A stretch of DNA of 64,000 nt from Candidatus Rokuibacteriota bacterium (GTDB lineage Bacteria; Methylomirabilota; Methylomirabilia; Rokubacteriales; CSP1-6): contig JACPIQ010000095.1 in the NCBI GenBank assembly GCA_016188005.1, positions 13,066-77,065 on the forward strand. Reading direction: 5' to 3'. Within the stretch, counting starts at the first letter, position 1; each line of letters begins with the position of its first letter. A program made the position numbers and the translations under genes. A model generated the notes under the pieces. It was given only the letters and a program-made list of their open reading frames with translations, was not told where the DNA came from and made no database searches. Of this stretch, positions 1-8,578 are shown in pieces.

Positions 1-1
1 C

Positions 2-2584
2 GCTCGCGCGGCCTGGGTCTGGCGGCTCTGGGAGCGGGAGCGGGCGGCCCTGGACGCGGCGGGCCTGCGCGTGCTCTACGAGGAGATCGAGCGGCCGCTG
101 GTGCCCGTCCTCGCCGCCATGGAGCGCCACGGGATCGGCGTGGACCCGGAGCGGCTCACTGAGTTCTCCAAGGAGCTCGAGCGGAGCCTGGAGGCGCTCA
201 CCCGGGAGATCCACGCGCTGGCCGGGGAGGAGTTCAACCTCTCGTCGCCGAAGCAACTCGCCGCGATCCTCTTCGAGAAGCTCAAGCTGCCGCCGGTCAG
301 GAAGACCAAGACCGGCTATTCCACCGACGCCGATGTGCTGGAGAAGCTGGCCTTGGCGCACCCGCTGCCGGCAAAGCTCATCGAGCACCGGATCCTCGCC
401 AAGCTCAAGTCCACCTACGCGGATGCGCTCCCGACCCTGATCAATCACCGCACCGGCCGCATCCACACGTCGTTCAACCAGCTCGTGGCGGCCACGGGGA
501 GATTGTCGTGCCTTCCGGCGGGAAGCCTCGTGAACACTCAGCGCGGGCTGGTAGGGATAGAGGAGATCTGCCCGGGTGATCTCGTGCGCACCGCCCAGGG
601 ACCACGACGGGTTCTGGCCTGGGAGCGGACTGGCGTCAAGCCGGTTGTCGCCATACACCTGTCAAGCGGAGTCATCCTGCGGTGTAGCCCGAACCATACG
701 GTCCGAAGTCGGGGCGAGTGGAGAGAAGCCTCCCTTCTCGAGGTCGGCGATCCGGTCTACATGACATTCCGGGAGGGGTTGTTCGGTTCGCGCACAGAAC
801 TGAATGTGGAGATGACCGCCGCCTACAGGACGCGCAAGACGCCAGGCATGCCGGTGGAGTGGTCTGTCGGACTCGCTGAGCTGGTCGGCTACGCAATGGC
901 GGATGGGCACATTGCTCATAGCAACTACAATGGGAAGCCTGCCAAGCTCATCCTGGCCTTCGGCTGGCATGAAGGGGAACTGGTTCGGCACTTCAGCCGG
1001 GCAATCGTCCAGCTCTTCAACAAGTCTCCGAAGTACCGGGTGACTCGCACGTGTCCGGTCCTCGAGGTGTCCGGCGTGGACATCTGCGGGATGTTCGAGC
1101 AAGTCGGGGCTGGCGGGTCATCGAGGGTGATTCAGGTGCCGCCCTCCCTCTTCCGTGCCCCAGTGTCCATCGTGGCCGCATTCCTCAGGGGCTACTTCGA
1201 GGGAGATGGCACCGCGTCGAGCACCCTGTCAGTGAGATCCGTGTCGCGTGACATGCTGGAGGGAGTGCATCACCTGCTTGGGCTCTTCGGCATCCCCTCG
1301 GTCGTGCGAGATGGTGCCCCGGACCCGAGAGGCTACGCGCCCAGGCACACACTCTTCGTGGTCGGCGACCGCTCGAAGCGGGCGTTTCTTAGCCGCATCG
1401 GCTTCATCTCCCCGCGAAAGAGGTCTCAGCTTGAGGCACAGGTGGCTCGCCAGTCGGTCAAGAGCACCGCCGAGGTGCTGACCCTGCCGGAGCCCGCTGA
1501 GATGCTCAGGCTAAAGAGCCCTCTCTACGATGCTGGTCGCCAGGCGGGTGCCCACGGTCTCCAGGCGTTGTACGTGTTCATGCATAGGTTTGTCGCCGGA
1601 CAGTCCACCTGCACCCTGCCGCGTGCGGAGTGGATCGCAGACACACTCCGCGCAACCGGCGCGGAGATGCCATCGTTCCTCGGTGAGGCCGTGGCGGGTC
1701 AGTACTTCGAGGTGAAGGTGGCGGCGATCCAATGGGAGCCCAGTGTTCCCATGTTCGACATCGCCGTCGAGGGAGAGGAGTACGTTGCGGACGGGATAGT
1801 CGTCCACAATTCGTCGGCGCCAAACCTGCAGAACATTCCCATCCGCACCGAGCTCGGCCGGCGGATCCGCGCGGCCTTCGTCCCGGAGCCGGGCTGGCGC
1901 TTCGTGGCGGCTGACTACTCGCAGATCGAGCTGCGCATCCTGGCCCATGTCTCCGGCGAGGAGAGCCTCGTCGAGGCCTTCCGCCGGGGCGAGGACATCC
2001 ACCGGCGCACGGCCTCCGAGGTCTTCGGCGTGCCGCTGGCGGCCGTGACGCAGGAGCAGCGCGACGCGGCGAAGACGACGAACTTCTCGGTGATCTACGG
2101 CGTCACGGCCTTCGGGCTGTCCCGGGGCCTGGCCATCTCCCAGCAGGAGGCGCAGGAGTTCCTCGACCGCTTCTTCGCCCGCCACCCGAGGGTCAAGGCC
2201 TACCTCGAGCGCACCGTCGCCGAGGGGCGCGAGCAGGGCTGGGTCGCCACCCTCACCGGCCGGCGCCGCTGGCTACCCGAGATCAGGAGCGGCAACCCCA
2301 ACCTGCGCGGCTTCGCCGAGCGCATGGCGACCAATGCCCCCATCCAGGGCACCGCCGCCGACCTGATCAAGACCGCCATGGTCAGGCTCCACCGCGAGCT
2401 GGGCGCGCGCGGGCTCGAGAGTCGCATGCTGCTCCAGGTGCATGACGAGCTACTCTTCGAGGCGCCGGAGGCCGAGGTCCTGCCACTGGAGGCGCTTGCC
2501 GCCGAGGTGATGGAGTCCGCCATGACGCTGTCCGTCCCGCTCCGGGTGGACATCAAGGCGGGCACCGACTGGGCCCAGGTATGA
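2..2584 (+). CDS. polA: DNA polymerase I, C-terminal part (5' end outside window), interrupted by an intein
   Basis: Frame is open from the window start. Family-A motifs: HTSFNQLVAATGRLS..SSAPNLQNIP, ADYSQIELRILAH, AKTTNFSVIYG, LLQVHDELLFE. Confidence 0.97.
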   Translation, partial: ARAAWVWRLWERERAALDAAGLRVLYEEIERPLVPVLAAMERHGIGVDPERLTEFSKELERSLEALTREIHALAGEEFNLSSPKQLAAILFEKLKLPPVRKTKTGYSTDADVLEKLALAHPLPAKLIEHRILAKLKSTYADALPTLINHRTGRIHTSFNQLVAATGRLSCLPAGSLVNTQRGLVGIEEICPGDLVRTAQGPRRVLAWERTGVKPVVAIHLSSGVILRCSPNHTVRSRGEWREASLLEVGDPVYMTFREGLFGSRTELNVEMTAAYRTRKTPGMPVEWSVGLAELVGYAMADGHIAHSNYNGKPAKLILAFGWHEGELVRHFSRAIVQLFNKSPKYRVTRTCPVLEVSGVDICGMFEQVGAGGSSRVIQVPPSLFRAPVSIVAAFLRGYFEGDGTASSTLSVRSVSRDMLEGVHHLLGLFGIPSVVRDGAPDPRGYAPRHTLFVVGDRSKRAFLSRIGFISPRKRSQLEAQVARQSVKSTAEVLTLPEPAEMLRLKSPLYDAGRQAGAHGLQALYVFMHRFVAGQSTCTLPRAEWIADTLRATGAEMPSFLGEAVAGQYFEVKVAAIQWEPSVPMFDIAVEGEEYVADGIVVHNSSAPNLQNIPIRTELGRRIRAAFVPEPGWRFVAADYSQIELRILAHVSGEESLVEAFRRGEDIHRRTASEVFGVPLAAVTQEQRDAAKTTNFSVIYGVTAFGLSRGLAISQQEAQEFLDRFFARHPRVKAYLERTVAEGREQGWVATLTGRRRWLPEIRSGNPNLRGFAERMATNAPIQGTAADLIKTAMVRLHRELGARGLESRMLLQVHDELLFEAPEAEVLPLEALAAEVMESAMTLSVPLRVDIKAGTDWAQV
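509..1810 (+). mobile_element. Intein (434 aa) with LAGLIDADG homing endonuclease
   Basis: Begins CLPAGSLV (Cys1), block B SPNH, ends VADGIVVHN followed by Ser+1. LAGLIDADG-like motifs LVGYAMADG and FLRGYFEGDG. Excision restores TGRLS-SSAPNLQNIP. Confidence 0.95.
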
Positions 2585-3213
2585 GGACCTTCCTGCTGGC
2601 GGGGCTCACGGGGAGCATCGGCACCGGCAAGAGCACGGTGAGCGTCATGTTCGCGCAGCTCGGCTGCAAGGTGATCGATGCCGATGTCCTGGCCCGCGAG
2701 GCGGTGGCTCCCGGCCAGCCTGCCTATGCAGCCATCGTGGCCGAGTTCGGTCGCGCGGTCGTGCAGCCGGACGGCTACCTCGACCGCAAGCGCATCGGCG
2801 CCGTCGTGTTCGCCGATCCGGAGCGACGGAAGCGGCTGGAGGGCATCGTCCACCCCGCCGTGCGCGCCCGTCAGGAACGCCTCCTCCGCGCGCTGGAGGA
2901 GGAGCGGTACGAGGGCGTGGTGATCTGGGACGTGCCGCTCCTGTTCGAGGTCGGCGCGGCCGCCAGCATGGACCGGGTCGTCGTCGTCTTCGCCGACGAG
3001 GCGACCCAGCTCGAGCGGCTCATGGCGCGCGACTGGATGCCCGAGGCCGATGCCCGCGCCCGGATCGGCAGCCAGATGCCCGTGGCCGACAAGGCCAGGC
3101 GAGCCCACTACGTGATCGACAACTCCGGGAGCCGGGCCGACACCGAGGCCCAGGTGCGCCAGGTCCACCGCGCCCTCCTCAACGACCTCCGCGCCATGCG
3201 CGCCCGCGCGTGA
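2581..3213 (+). CDS. coaE: Dephospho-CoA kinase
   Basis: GLTGSIGTGKST P-loop, IDADVLAR, LDRKRIGAVVF, DVPLLFE. ATGA overlap with the polA stop. Confidence 0.96.
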   Translation: MRTFLLAGLTGSIGTGKSTVSVMFAQLGCKVIDADVLAREAVAPGQPAYAAIVAEFGRAVVQPDGYLDRKRIGAVVFADPERRKRLEGIVHPAVRARQERLLRALEEERYEGVVIWDVPLLFEVGAAASMDRVVVVFADEATQLERLMARDWMPEADARARIGSQMPVADKARRAHYVIDNSGSRADTEAQVRQVHRALLNDLRAMRARA

Positions 3214-4091
3214 CGCCACGGCGGAACGCCCGCGCCACGGCGCGCCCCGCCGGCGCGGGGCGACCGACCACGGGGCGCCGGCGCGCGCTGGGCCAGCACT
3301 TCCTCCGTGACGAGGGCGTGGCGCGGCGGATCGTGGAACTCTTGCGGCCCGGCCTGTCGGATCTCGTGGTCGAGATCGGGGCGGGGGAGGGGGCGCTGAC
3401 CGGGCTGCTGGCCGTCGCCGCCGGCCGCCTGGTGGCGCTGGAGGTCGACCGCGCGCTCGCGGCCAGGCTTCGCGAGCGTTTCCAGGGCGCGCCGCACGTG
3501 GAGATCCTGGAGGCTGACGCCATCCGCCACGACTACACGGGGCTGCCAGGGCTCAGGCCGGACCCGGCGGGGCGGGTGCTCGTACTGGGCAACCTGCCGT
3601 ACAGCGTTGGCACGGCCATCCTGGCCGCGCTGCTCACGGCCGGGCCAGCCGTCGCCCGCGCGGCGCCCATGGAAATGGCCCTCATGCTCCAGCGCGAGGT
3701 GGCCGAGCGCGTGGCCGCCGCGCCAGGCAGCCGGGCCTATGGCAGCCTCTCGGTGCTGAGCCAGCTGGCGGCCGAGGTGCGCCTGGCCTTCTCCGTGCCG
3801 CCCGGAGCCTTCCGCCCGCCGCCCCAGGTGGACTCGGCGGTGATCCAGGTGCGCGTCCTCGCGGAGCCGCCGGTCGCCGTCGCCGATCGGGAGCGCTTCC
3901 GCGCCGTGGTGCTGGCGGCCTTCTCCCAGCGCCGGAAGACCCTGGCCAATGCGCTGGGCTCGGGGCTCAGGCTGCCGGTAGGGCGGCTGAGGGAGGTCCT
4001 CGTCGCCACCGGCATCGACCCCACCCGCCGCGCCGAGACGCTCAGCCTCGCCGACTTCGCCCGCCTCGCCGCGGCGCTGCCCGGCCCCTGA
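3210..4091 (+). CDS. rsmA: 16S rRNA m6,6A dimethyltransferase KsgA
   Basis: LGQHFL, VVEIGAGEGALT, GNLPYSV, MLQREVAER, FSQRRKTLAN, RRAETLS. Confidence 0.96.
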   Translation: MTPRRNARATARPAGAGRPTTGRRRALGQHFLRDEGVARRIVELLRPGLSDLVVEIGAGEGALTGLLAVAAGRLVALEVDRALAARLRERFQGAPHVEILEADAIRHDYTGLPGLRPDPAGRVLVLGNLPYSVGTAILAALLTAGPAVARAAPMEMALMLQREVAERVAAAPGSRAYGSLSVLSQLAAEVRLAFSVPPGAFRPPPQVDSAVIQVRVLAEPPVAVADRERFRAVVLAAFSQRRKTLANALGSGLRLPVGRLREVLVATGIDPTRRAETLSLADFARLAAALPGP

Positions 4092-4214
4092 GCGGCCCTC
4101 GCCGCGCCTGATCCACGGCAGGAGGGGGATGCGCCCTTCCCCCGTCGCCGTCTGCCGAAGACCCACCGGCGCTGACCCGGCCGTAGGCCACCGGTCCCTG
4201 ACCCGGCCCCGGGG

Positions 4215-5144
4215 CTACATCGGCCGGAAGGTGCGGTTCCAGTAGTCCCGGTTCTTGACGTCCACCTTGATCTTCTTCACTTCCTCGATGAACTCGGCCA
4301 TGATCTCGGCCTTCTTCTGGATGATGCGCTTGCCCTTCTCCGCGGAGGCGGTGAAGGGGTTGCCGGGGCGGCCGATGAGGCCGGTGTCGCTGTACTCCTG
4401 GTGGTCCATGGGCACCCAGGCCACGTCGAGACCGTTCATGGTGAGATAGGGCGAGCCATTGGCCTTGGTGAACTTGTCGCTCACTTCGGTGATCCACTTC
4501 GGCGGATGGGTCCAGTCCTTGTCCGTCCGGTCGAGGTGCACGATCTTCTTGCCGTACAGCCGCTCGAAGTACAGGCACTCGGCGGTCTCCACCTCGCTGC
4601 CGTGCCAGCCGGGCGCCTCCTCGGGCGGGTTCTCGATGAGCCCGGTGCCCTTGAGGAGCCCCGGCGCCGCCTCGGCGTCGTTGCGGTAGCAGCAGATGAA
4701 GGCGTCGGTCTCGTAGCGCAGTGCCCGCAGGGCCGGGTCCACCGCCTTCATGTTGGAGGTGTGCCCGGTGGCGAAGACCAGCTTGTTGAAGCCGTTGTGG
4801 ATGAGGGAGCGGCCGACCTCGTACAGGACGTTCTGATAGGTCGCGGCGCTGAGCGTGACCGTCCCCGACGCCATGCCCGCCGGATGGAGATGCTGCGGCG
4901 AGTACCCGAACGGGATGAGCTGGTAGTAGGGGACGCTGGCCAGCTCTGCGGCGAGCATGCAGGGCAGCTCGGTGGCGATGCTGTCCGTGCACACCGGCAG
5001 GTGCCGCCCGTGCTGCTCCGTGCTCCCCAGCGGGATGAGCACGACGTCCGTCTCCTCCAGCCACTCCCTCACGTCCAGGTAGCCGCACCGGAACAGGTTG
5101 TGGATCTTCTCCTTCTTGACCTCGCCCTTCTCCTGCCATTCCAT
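4215..5144 (-). CDS. Creatininase-family amidohydrolase (309 aa)
   Basis: LIPLGSTEQHGRHLPVCTDS, FGYSPQH and WHGSEVET family motifs. Start placed at MEWQEK within the longer 450-aa ORF. Confidence 0.85.
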   Translation of the reverse strand: MEWQEKGEVKKEKIHNLFRCGYLDVREWLEETDVVLIPLGSTEQHGRHLPVCTDSIATELPCMLAAELASVPYYQLIPFGYSPQHLHPAGMASGTVTLSAATYQNVLYEVGRSLIHNGFNKLVFATGHTSNMKAVDPALRALRYETDAFICCYRNDAEAAPGLLKGTGLIENPPEEAPGWHGSEVETAECLYFERLYGKKIVHLDRTDKDWTHPPKWITEVSDKFTKANGSPYLTMNGLDVAWVPMDHQEYSDTGLIGRPGNPFTASAEKGKRIIQKKAEIMAEFIEEVKKIKVDVKNRDYWNRTFRPM

Positions 5145-5307
5145 GCTGGGCCTCCGGGTGTCGAGAGATTCACGGACCTCGGCGTCGACGATGTCCCGCA
5201 ACGTGTGTCGAGTCGGGGACTCTTGGGCCCGCGCGCGGGTGGCCAGGATAGCACGCCGCGGCGCGCGGCAGGAGCCTCGAGACACGTCGTGGGGGTGCCG
5301 GCCGCTG

Positions 5308-5820
5308 TCAGCGCGGAATGCGGATGGCGCCTTCGTCGTAGTTGCCCTGTTCGGCCCGCAGATGGCAGGCCGGACAGTTCGCCTTGCTGCCGACCGCCTT
5401 CCGCTGCCAGGCGTCGGGCGGCACCTCGCCGGCGTTGTGCTTCCTGAGGAACCGGCCCGTCTCGGTAATCCGCAGCGGCGTGCGGTCGCCCGGGATGCTG
5501 GCCATGAACTTGCCGCCCTCGCGGGTGCGGGTGACGTCGCCGGCATGGCCGGTGAGGTAGGTGACAATGGCCTGGCGGGTCGCCGCCGGCAGGGTGGCCT
5601 TCTCGCCGAAATGGTCGTCGAGGCCGTTCATGAGCGCCACCCACGAGCGCCGGGGCAGCATCTGCGGCGCGAAGGGCATGTGGCAGTCGCCGCATTCCTT
5701 TCGCACCAGCGGGTCGGTGACCGGCGGCAGCGGCTCGCCGGCCCCGGCCTGCCCCGGGGCGACGAAGGCGGTGAGGGCAGCAGTAAGGATGGCGGCAACG
5801 GCAAGAGCGATCGTGCGCAT
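5308..5820 (-). CDS. Dihaem cytochrome c (DHC family)
   Basis: Signal peptide, ECGDCH, LDDHFGEKA, PLRITET, NCPACH. SD-like GGAGA upstream. Confidence 0.9.
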   Translation of the reverse strand: MRTIALAVAAILTAALTAFVAPGQAGAGEPLPPVTDPLVRKECGDCHMPFAPQMLPRRSWVALMNGLDDHFGEKATLPAATRQAIVTYLTGHAGDVTRTREGGKFMASIPGDRTPLRITETGRFLRKHNAGEVPPDAWQRKAVGSKANCPACHLRAEQGNYDEGAIRIPR

Positions 5821-5834
5821 TGGCGTGGTCTCCT

Positions 5835-6266
5835 TCACTGGCTCAGCATGTAGGCGAGGAAGTCGCCCTTCTCCCTGGGCGTGCACTCGCGTCCCAGCAC
5901 GCTCTGGCAATTGCGGCTGAACCACTTGTTGACCTTCTCGGGATCGGTGTAGCGGTGGGCCACCTTTGAGACGGCCATCGGCTCGATCGGCTTGCCGGCG
6001 CGCGTCTGGCCGGACGTCTGCGGGGTGGCGCCGTGGCAGGTGTCGCACGCCGGCGTATCCGGCTTGCCGCCGCCGGGCCGGGCCTTGTAGAAGGCGGCGC
6101 CGCGCGCGGCCGAGAAGCCGGCGAAGCCGGGATCGGCGGCGCGGGCCTGGGCTGCAAGGTCGGCCACGATGCGCTCGCGCGGGCCTTCGGCCCTCGCCGG
6201 CACGCTGCCGAGCAGCAGGAACAGGGACAGGGACAGGGACAGGCAGCGGGCGAGGGTCGTCGTCAT
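5835..6266 (-). CDS. SHP-like (DUF1924) monohaem cytochrome c
   Basis: Signal peptide, ACDTCH, GKPIEPMAVS, KWFSRNCQSVLGRECT (Asn ligand and disulfide pattern of sphaeroides haem protein). Confidence 0.88.
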   Translation of the reverse strand: MTTTLARCLSLSLSLFLLLGSVPARAEGPRERIVADLAAQARAADPGFAGFSAARGAAFYKARPGGGKPDTPACDTCHGATPQTSGQTRAGKPIEPMAVSKVAHRYTDPEKVNKWFSRNCQSVLGRECTPREKGDFLAYMLSQ

Positions 6267-7408
6267 CGCTCTGTCACTCCTTGAGGGATCGCGATCTTCG
6301 GGCCGTGGAAGCCGCCGGTGTCGGCGTCGCGGTGGCAGGCATTGCAGTTGCCGGAGCTGCGCACGGCCTTGCTCCTGAACACGGCCGGCGCGATGTCGGC
6401 GTGCGTGCGCTTCCAGTAGGGGGTGGCGGTGATGCGCAGCGGCTCGGCCGGCGAGCCGTGGCGGAACCCGTTGGCCGCCTTGGTGTCCCAGCTCTCGGCG
6501 GCGTAGGCCTGCAGGAACGCGCCGATGTCGGCGGCGGTGGCGGCCGGCAGGCGGGCGTCCTCGCCGAAATGGTCGGCCAGTCCCGCCATCATCGTCTTCC
6601 ACGAGGCCGCCGGCAGCAGGCTGGGGTGGTAGGCAGGATGGCAGTCGCCGCACTCCTTGGTGTAGGCGACGTGGCGCGGCATATCGGGGACGCCCCTGGG
6701 CGGCAGGGCGGCCAGCGCGCTCAGTCCGCCGCTGCTGACGGCGGCGATGGCGGCGACGCTCAACGCCCCCAGCCACGGGCGGGCCGACTCGAAACGCGGC
6801 GGAGGTGCCTCCCCCGGCAGGCGCTTGAAGCCCGTCACCATGGCCCGCGCGAGGTTCTGGCGCTCCACCACGCTGCTGACGGCGACGCCGGCCACATGCA
6901 GGCCTACCAGGGTGATCAGGGCAGCAGCGAGGCCTGCGTGGAGACTCTGGAAGGCGCGGCCGGCGGCATAGGAGACGACCCCCGCCAGGGGCCCGTGCTT
7001 CTCGACCCCGCCGAAGGCGACGAGGCCGCTGAGCAGCAGCGCGGCGACCGTCCCCAGGAGGGTGTAGATCATCATGGCGCCGGCCGGGTTGTGGCCGAGA
7101 TGGTGCGGCGGGCGCCCCCGCGCCAGATCCCTGAGGTAGGCCACCGCCGCCCGCGGGCGGAGGGGGAAGCTGGCGAAGCGGCTGGTCTCGGGCCCGAACA
7201 CCCCCCACACCAGCCGGAATGCGATCAGGCCGGCGATGGCATAGCCCAGGATGGCATGCGTGCCGAGCATCCACTTCGGCCCGAACCAGCCGATCAGCGC
7301 CGTCGCCAGCAGCAGGCCGGCCAGCGACCAGTGGAGCAGGCGCGTGGGCAGGTCCCACACGCGAACCGAGCGGGTCAGGGTTCCTCGATCGTTACCGTCG
7401 TCGCTCAT
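6263..7408 (-). CDS. Cytochrome b (Ni_hydr_CYTB-like) fused to a dihaem cytochrome c domain
   Basis: VRVWDLPTRLLHW, GHNPAG, HVAGV..NLARAMVTG, followed by ECGDCH..NCNACH. AGGAGG upstream. Confidence 0.9.
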   Translation of the reverse strand: MSDDGNDRGTLTRSVRVWDLPTRLLHWSLAGLLLATALIGWFGPKWMLGTHAILGYAIAGLIAFRLVWGVFGPETSRFASFPLRPRAAVAYLRDLARGRPPHHLGHNPAGAMMIYTLLGTVAALLLSGLVAFGGVEKHGPLAGVVSYAAGRAFQSLHAGLAAALITLVGLHVAGVAVSSVVERQNLARAMVTGFKRLPGEAPPPRFESARPWLGALSVAAIAAVSSGGLSALAALPPRGVPDMPRHVAYTKECGDCHPAYHPSLLPAASWKTMMAGLADHFGEDARLPAATAADIGAFLQAYAAESWDTKAANGFRHGSPAEPLRITATPYWKRTHADIAPAVFRSKAVRSSGNCNACHRDADTGGFHGPKIAIPQGVTER

Positions 7409-7436
7409 GAGTATCCTCCTCGATGCTCGTGTGTGG

Positions 7437-7509
7437 ACCTTAGCGAAGGCCGTGTGAACCGGCGGTGAACGGAGAATTCAGATTCGGTTCATCCGCGGCC
7501 GGCTATGCT
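7437..7509. promoter_or_regulatory. Back-to-back promoters with OmpR/PhoP-type 11-bp-period direct repeats
   Basis: Minus strand: GTTCAC-N5-GTTCAC (7470-7454), then N11, then TAAGGT. Plus strand: ATTCAG-N5-GTTCAT (7476-7492), then N11, then TATGCT. Confidence 0.7.
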
Positions 7510-7515
7510 GGGGCC

Positions 7516-7848
7516 ATGGGTAGACGCGTCCTCGTCGCCGTCCTGGCCGCCTCCCTGCTCGCCATCCCGGGCGTATGGGCCGATGAGCGCCAGGAGGACC
7601 ACGAGCGCGCCCGTGCCGCGCTGGAACGCGGCGAGGTGGCACCGCTGGCCCAGGCCATCGCCAAGGTGCAATCCCTCTACGCCGGCGATGTCGTGGAGAC
7701 CGAGATCGAAAGCGAGCACGGCCGCTTCCGTTACGAGATCAAGCTGCTGACGCCCGAGGGTCGGGTCCTCAAGGTCGTGCTCGACGCCCGCACGCTGGAG
7801 ATCGTCAAGGTCAAGGGCCGCCCCGGCCGCGACGGGCGGAGGAAGTGA
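7516..7848 (+). CDS. PepSY-domain periplasmic protein
   Basis: Signal peptide, DHERARAALERGEVAPL, VVETEIE..YEIKLLTPEGRVLKVVLDARTLEI. Confidence 0.88.
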   Translation: MGRRVLVAVLAASLLAIPGVWADERQEDHERARAALERGEVAPLAQAIAKVQSLYAGDVVETEIESEHGRFRYEIKLLTPEGRVLKVVLDARTLEIVKVKGRPGRDGRRK

Positions 7849-8528
7849 TGCGCATCCTGGTGGTCGAGGACGATCCCGCGCTGGCTCGCCAGCTCAAGGC
7901 GGCCCTGGCCGAGACCGGCTACGCGGTCGACCGCGCCCCCGACGGCGAGGAGGGCGAGTTCCTGGGGGAGACCGAGACGTACGACGCCGTCGTGCTCGAT
8001 CTCGGGCTGCCCAAGGTCGACGGGGTGACCGTCCTCCGGCGCTGGCGGGCGGCGGGGCGGACCATGCCGGTGCTCATCCTCACCGCGCGCGATGGCTGGG
8101 GCGAGAAGGTGGCGGGTTTCGATGCCGGCGCCGACGACTATCTGGGCAAGCCCTTCCACATGGAGGAGCTGCTGGCCCGGCTCCGGGCGCTGATCCGCCG
8201 GAGCGCAGGCCACGCCCAGCCGGTGCTCGACTGCGGGCTGGTGCGCCTCGACACCCGCGCGGGCCGCGTCACCGTGGACGGCACGCCGGTGGAGCTGACG
8301 GCGCACGAGCTGAAGGTGCTCAGCTACCTCATGCATCACCTGGGTCGAGTGGTCTCCCGCAGCGAGCTGACCGAACACGTCTACGCCCAGGATTTCGACC
8401 GCGACTCCAACACCATCGAGGTCTTCGTCGGCCGCCTGCGCCGGAAGCTGGGGGCCGACGTGATCCGTACCTATCGCGGTCGCGGCTACTGCATGGTCGC
8501 CGCCCCCGCCGGCGAGGACGCCCCCTGA
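7848..8528 (+). CDS. OmpR/PhoP-family response regulator
   Basis: RILVVEDD, VLDLGLP, LTARD, GADDYLGKPF, winged helix with NTIEVFVGRLRRKLG. Confidence 0.95.
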   Translation: MRILVVEDDPALARQLKAALAETGYAVDRAPDGEEGEFLGETETYDAVVLDLGLPKVDGVTVLRRWRAAGRTMPVLILTARDGWGEKVAGFDAGADDYLGKPFHMEELLARLRALIRRSAGHAQPVLDCGLVRLDTRAGRVTVDGTPVELTAHELKVLSYLMHHLGRVVSRSELTEHVYAQDFDRDSNTIEVFVGRLRRKLGADVIRTYRGRGYCMVAAPAGEDAP

Positions 8529-8578
8529 GAGCGGCCGATCCGCCCGCTGCCCCCCCGGGGGCACCGGCGGTCGCGCCG

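Noticed and set aside
6221-6243. (ACAGGG)n microsatellite in the SHP gene as a phase-variation switch
   Set aside because: The unit is 6 nt and in frame, so it only alters Leu-Ser repeats in the signal peptide.
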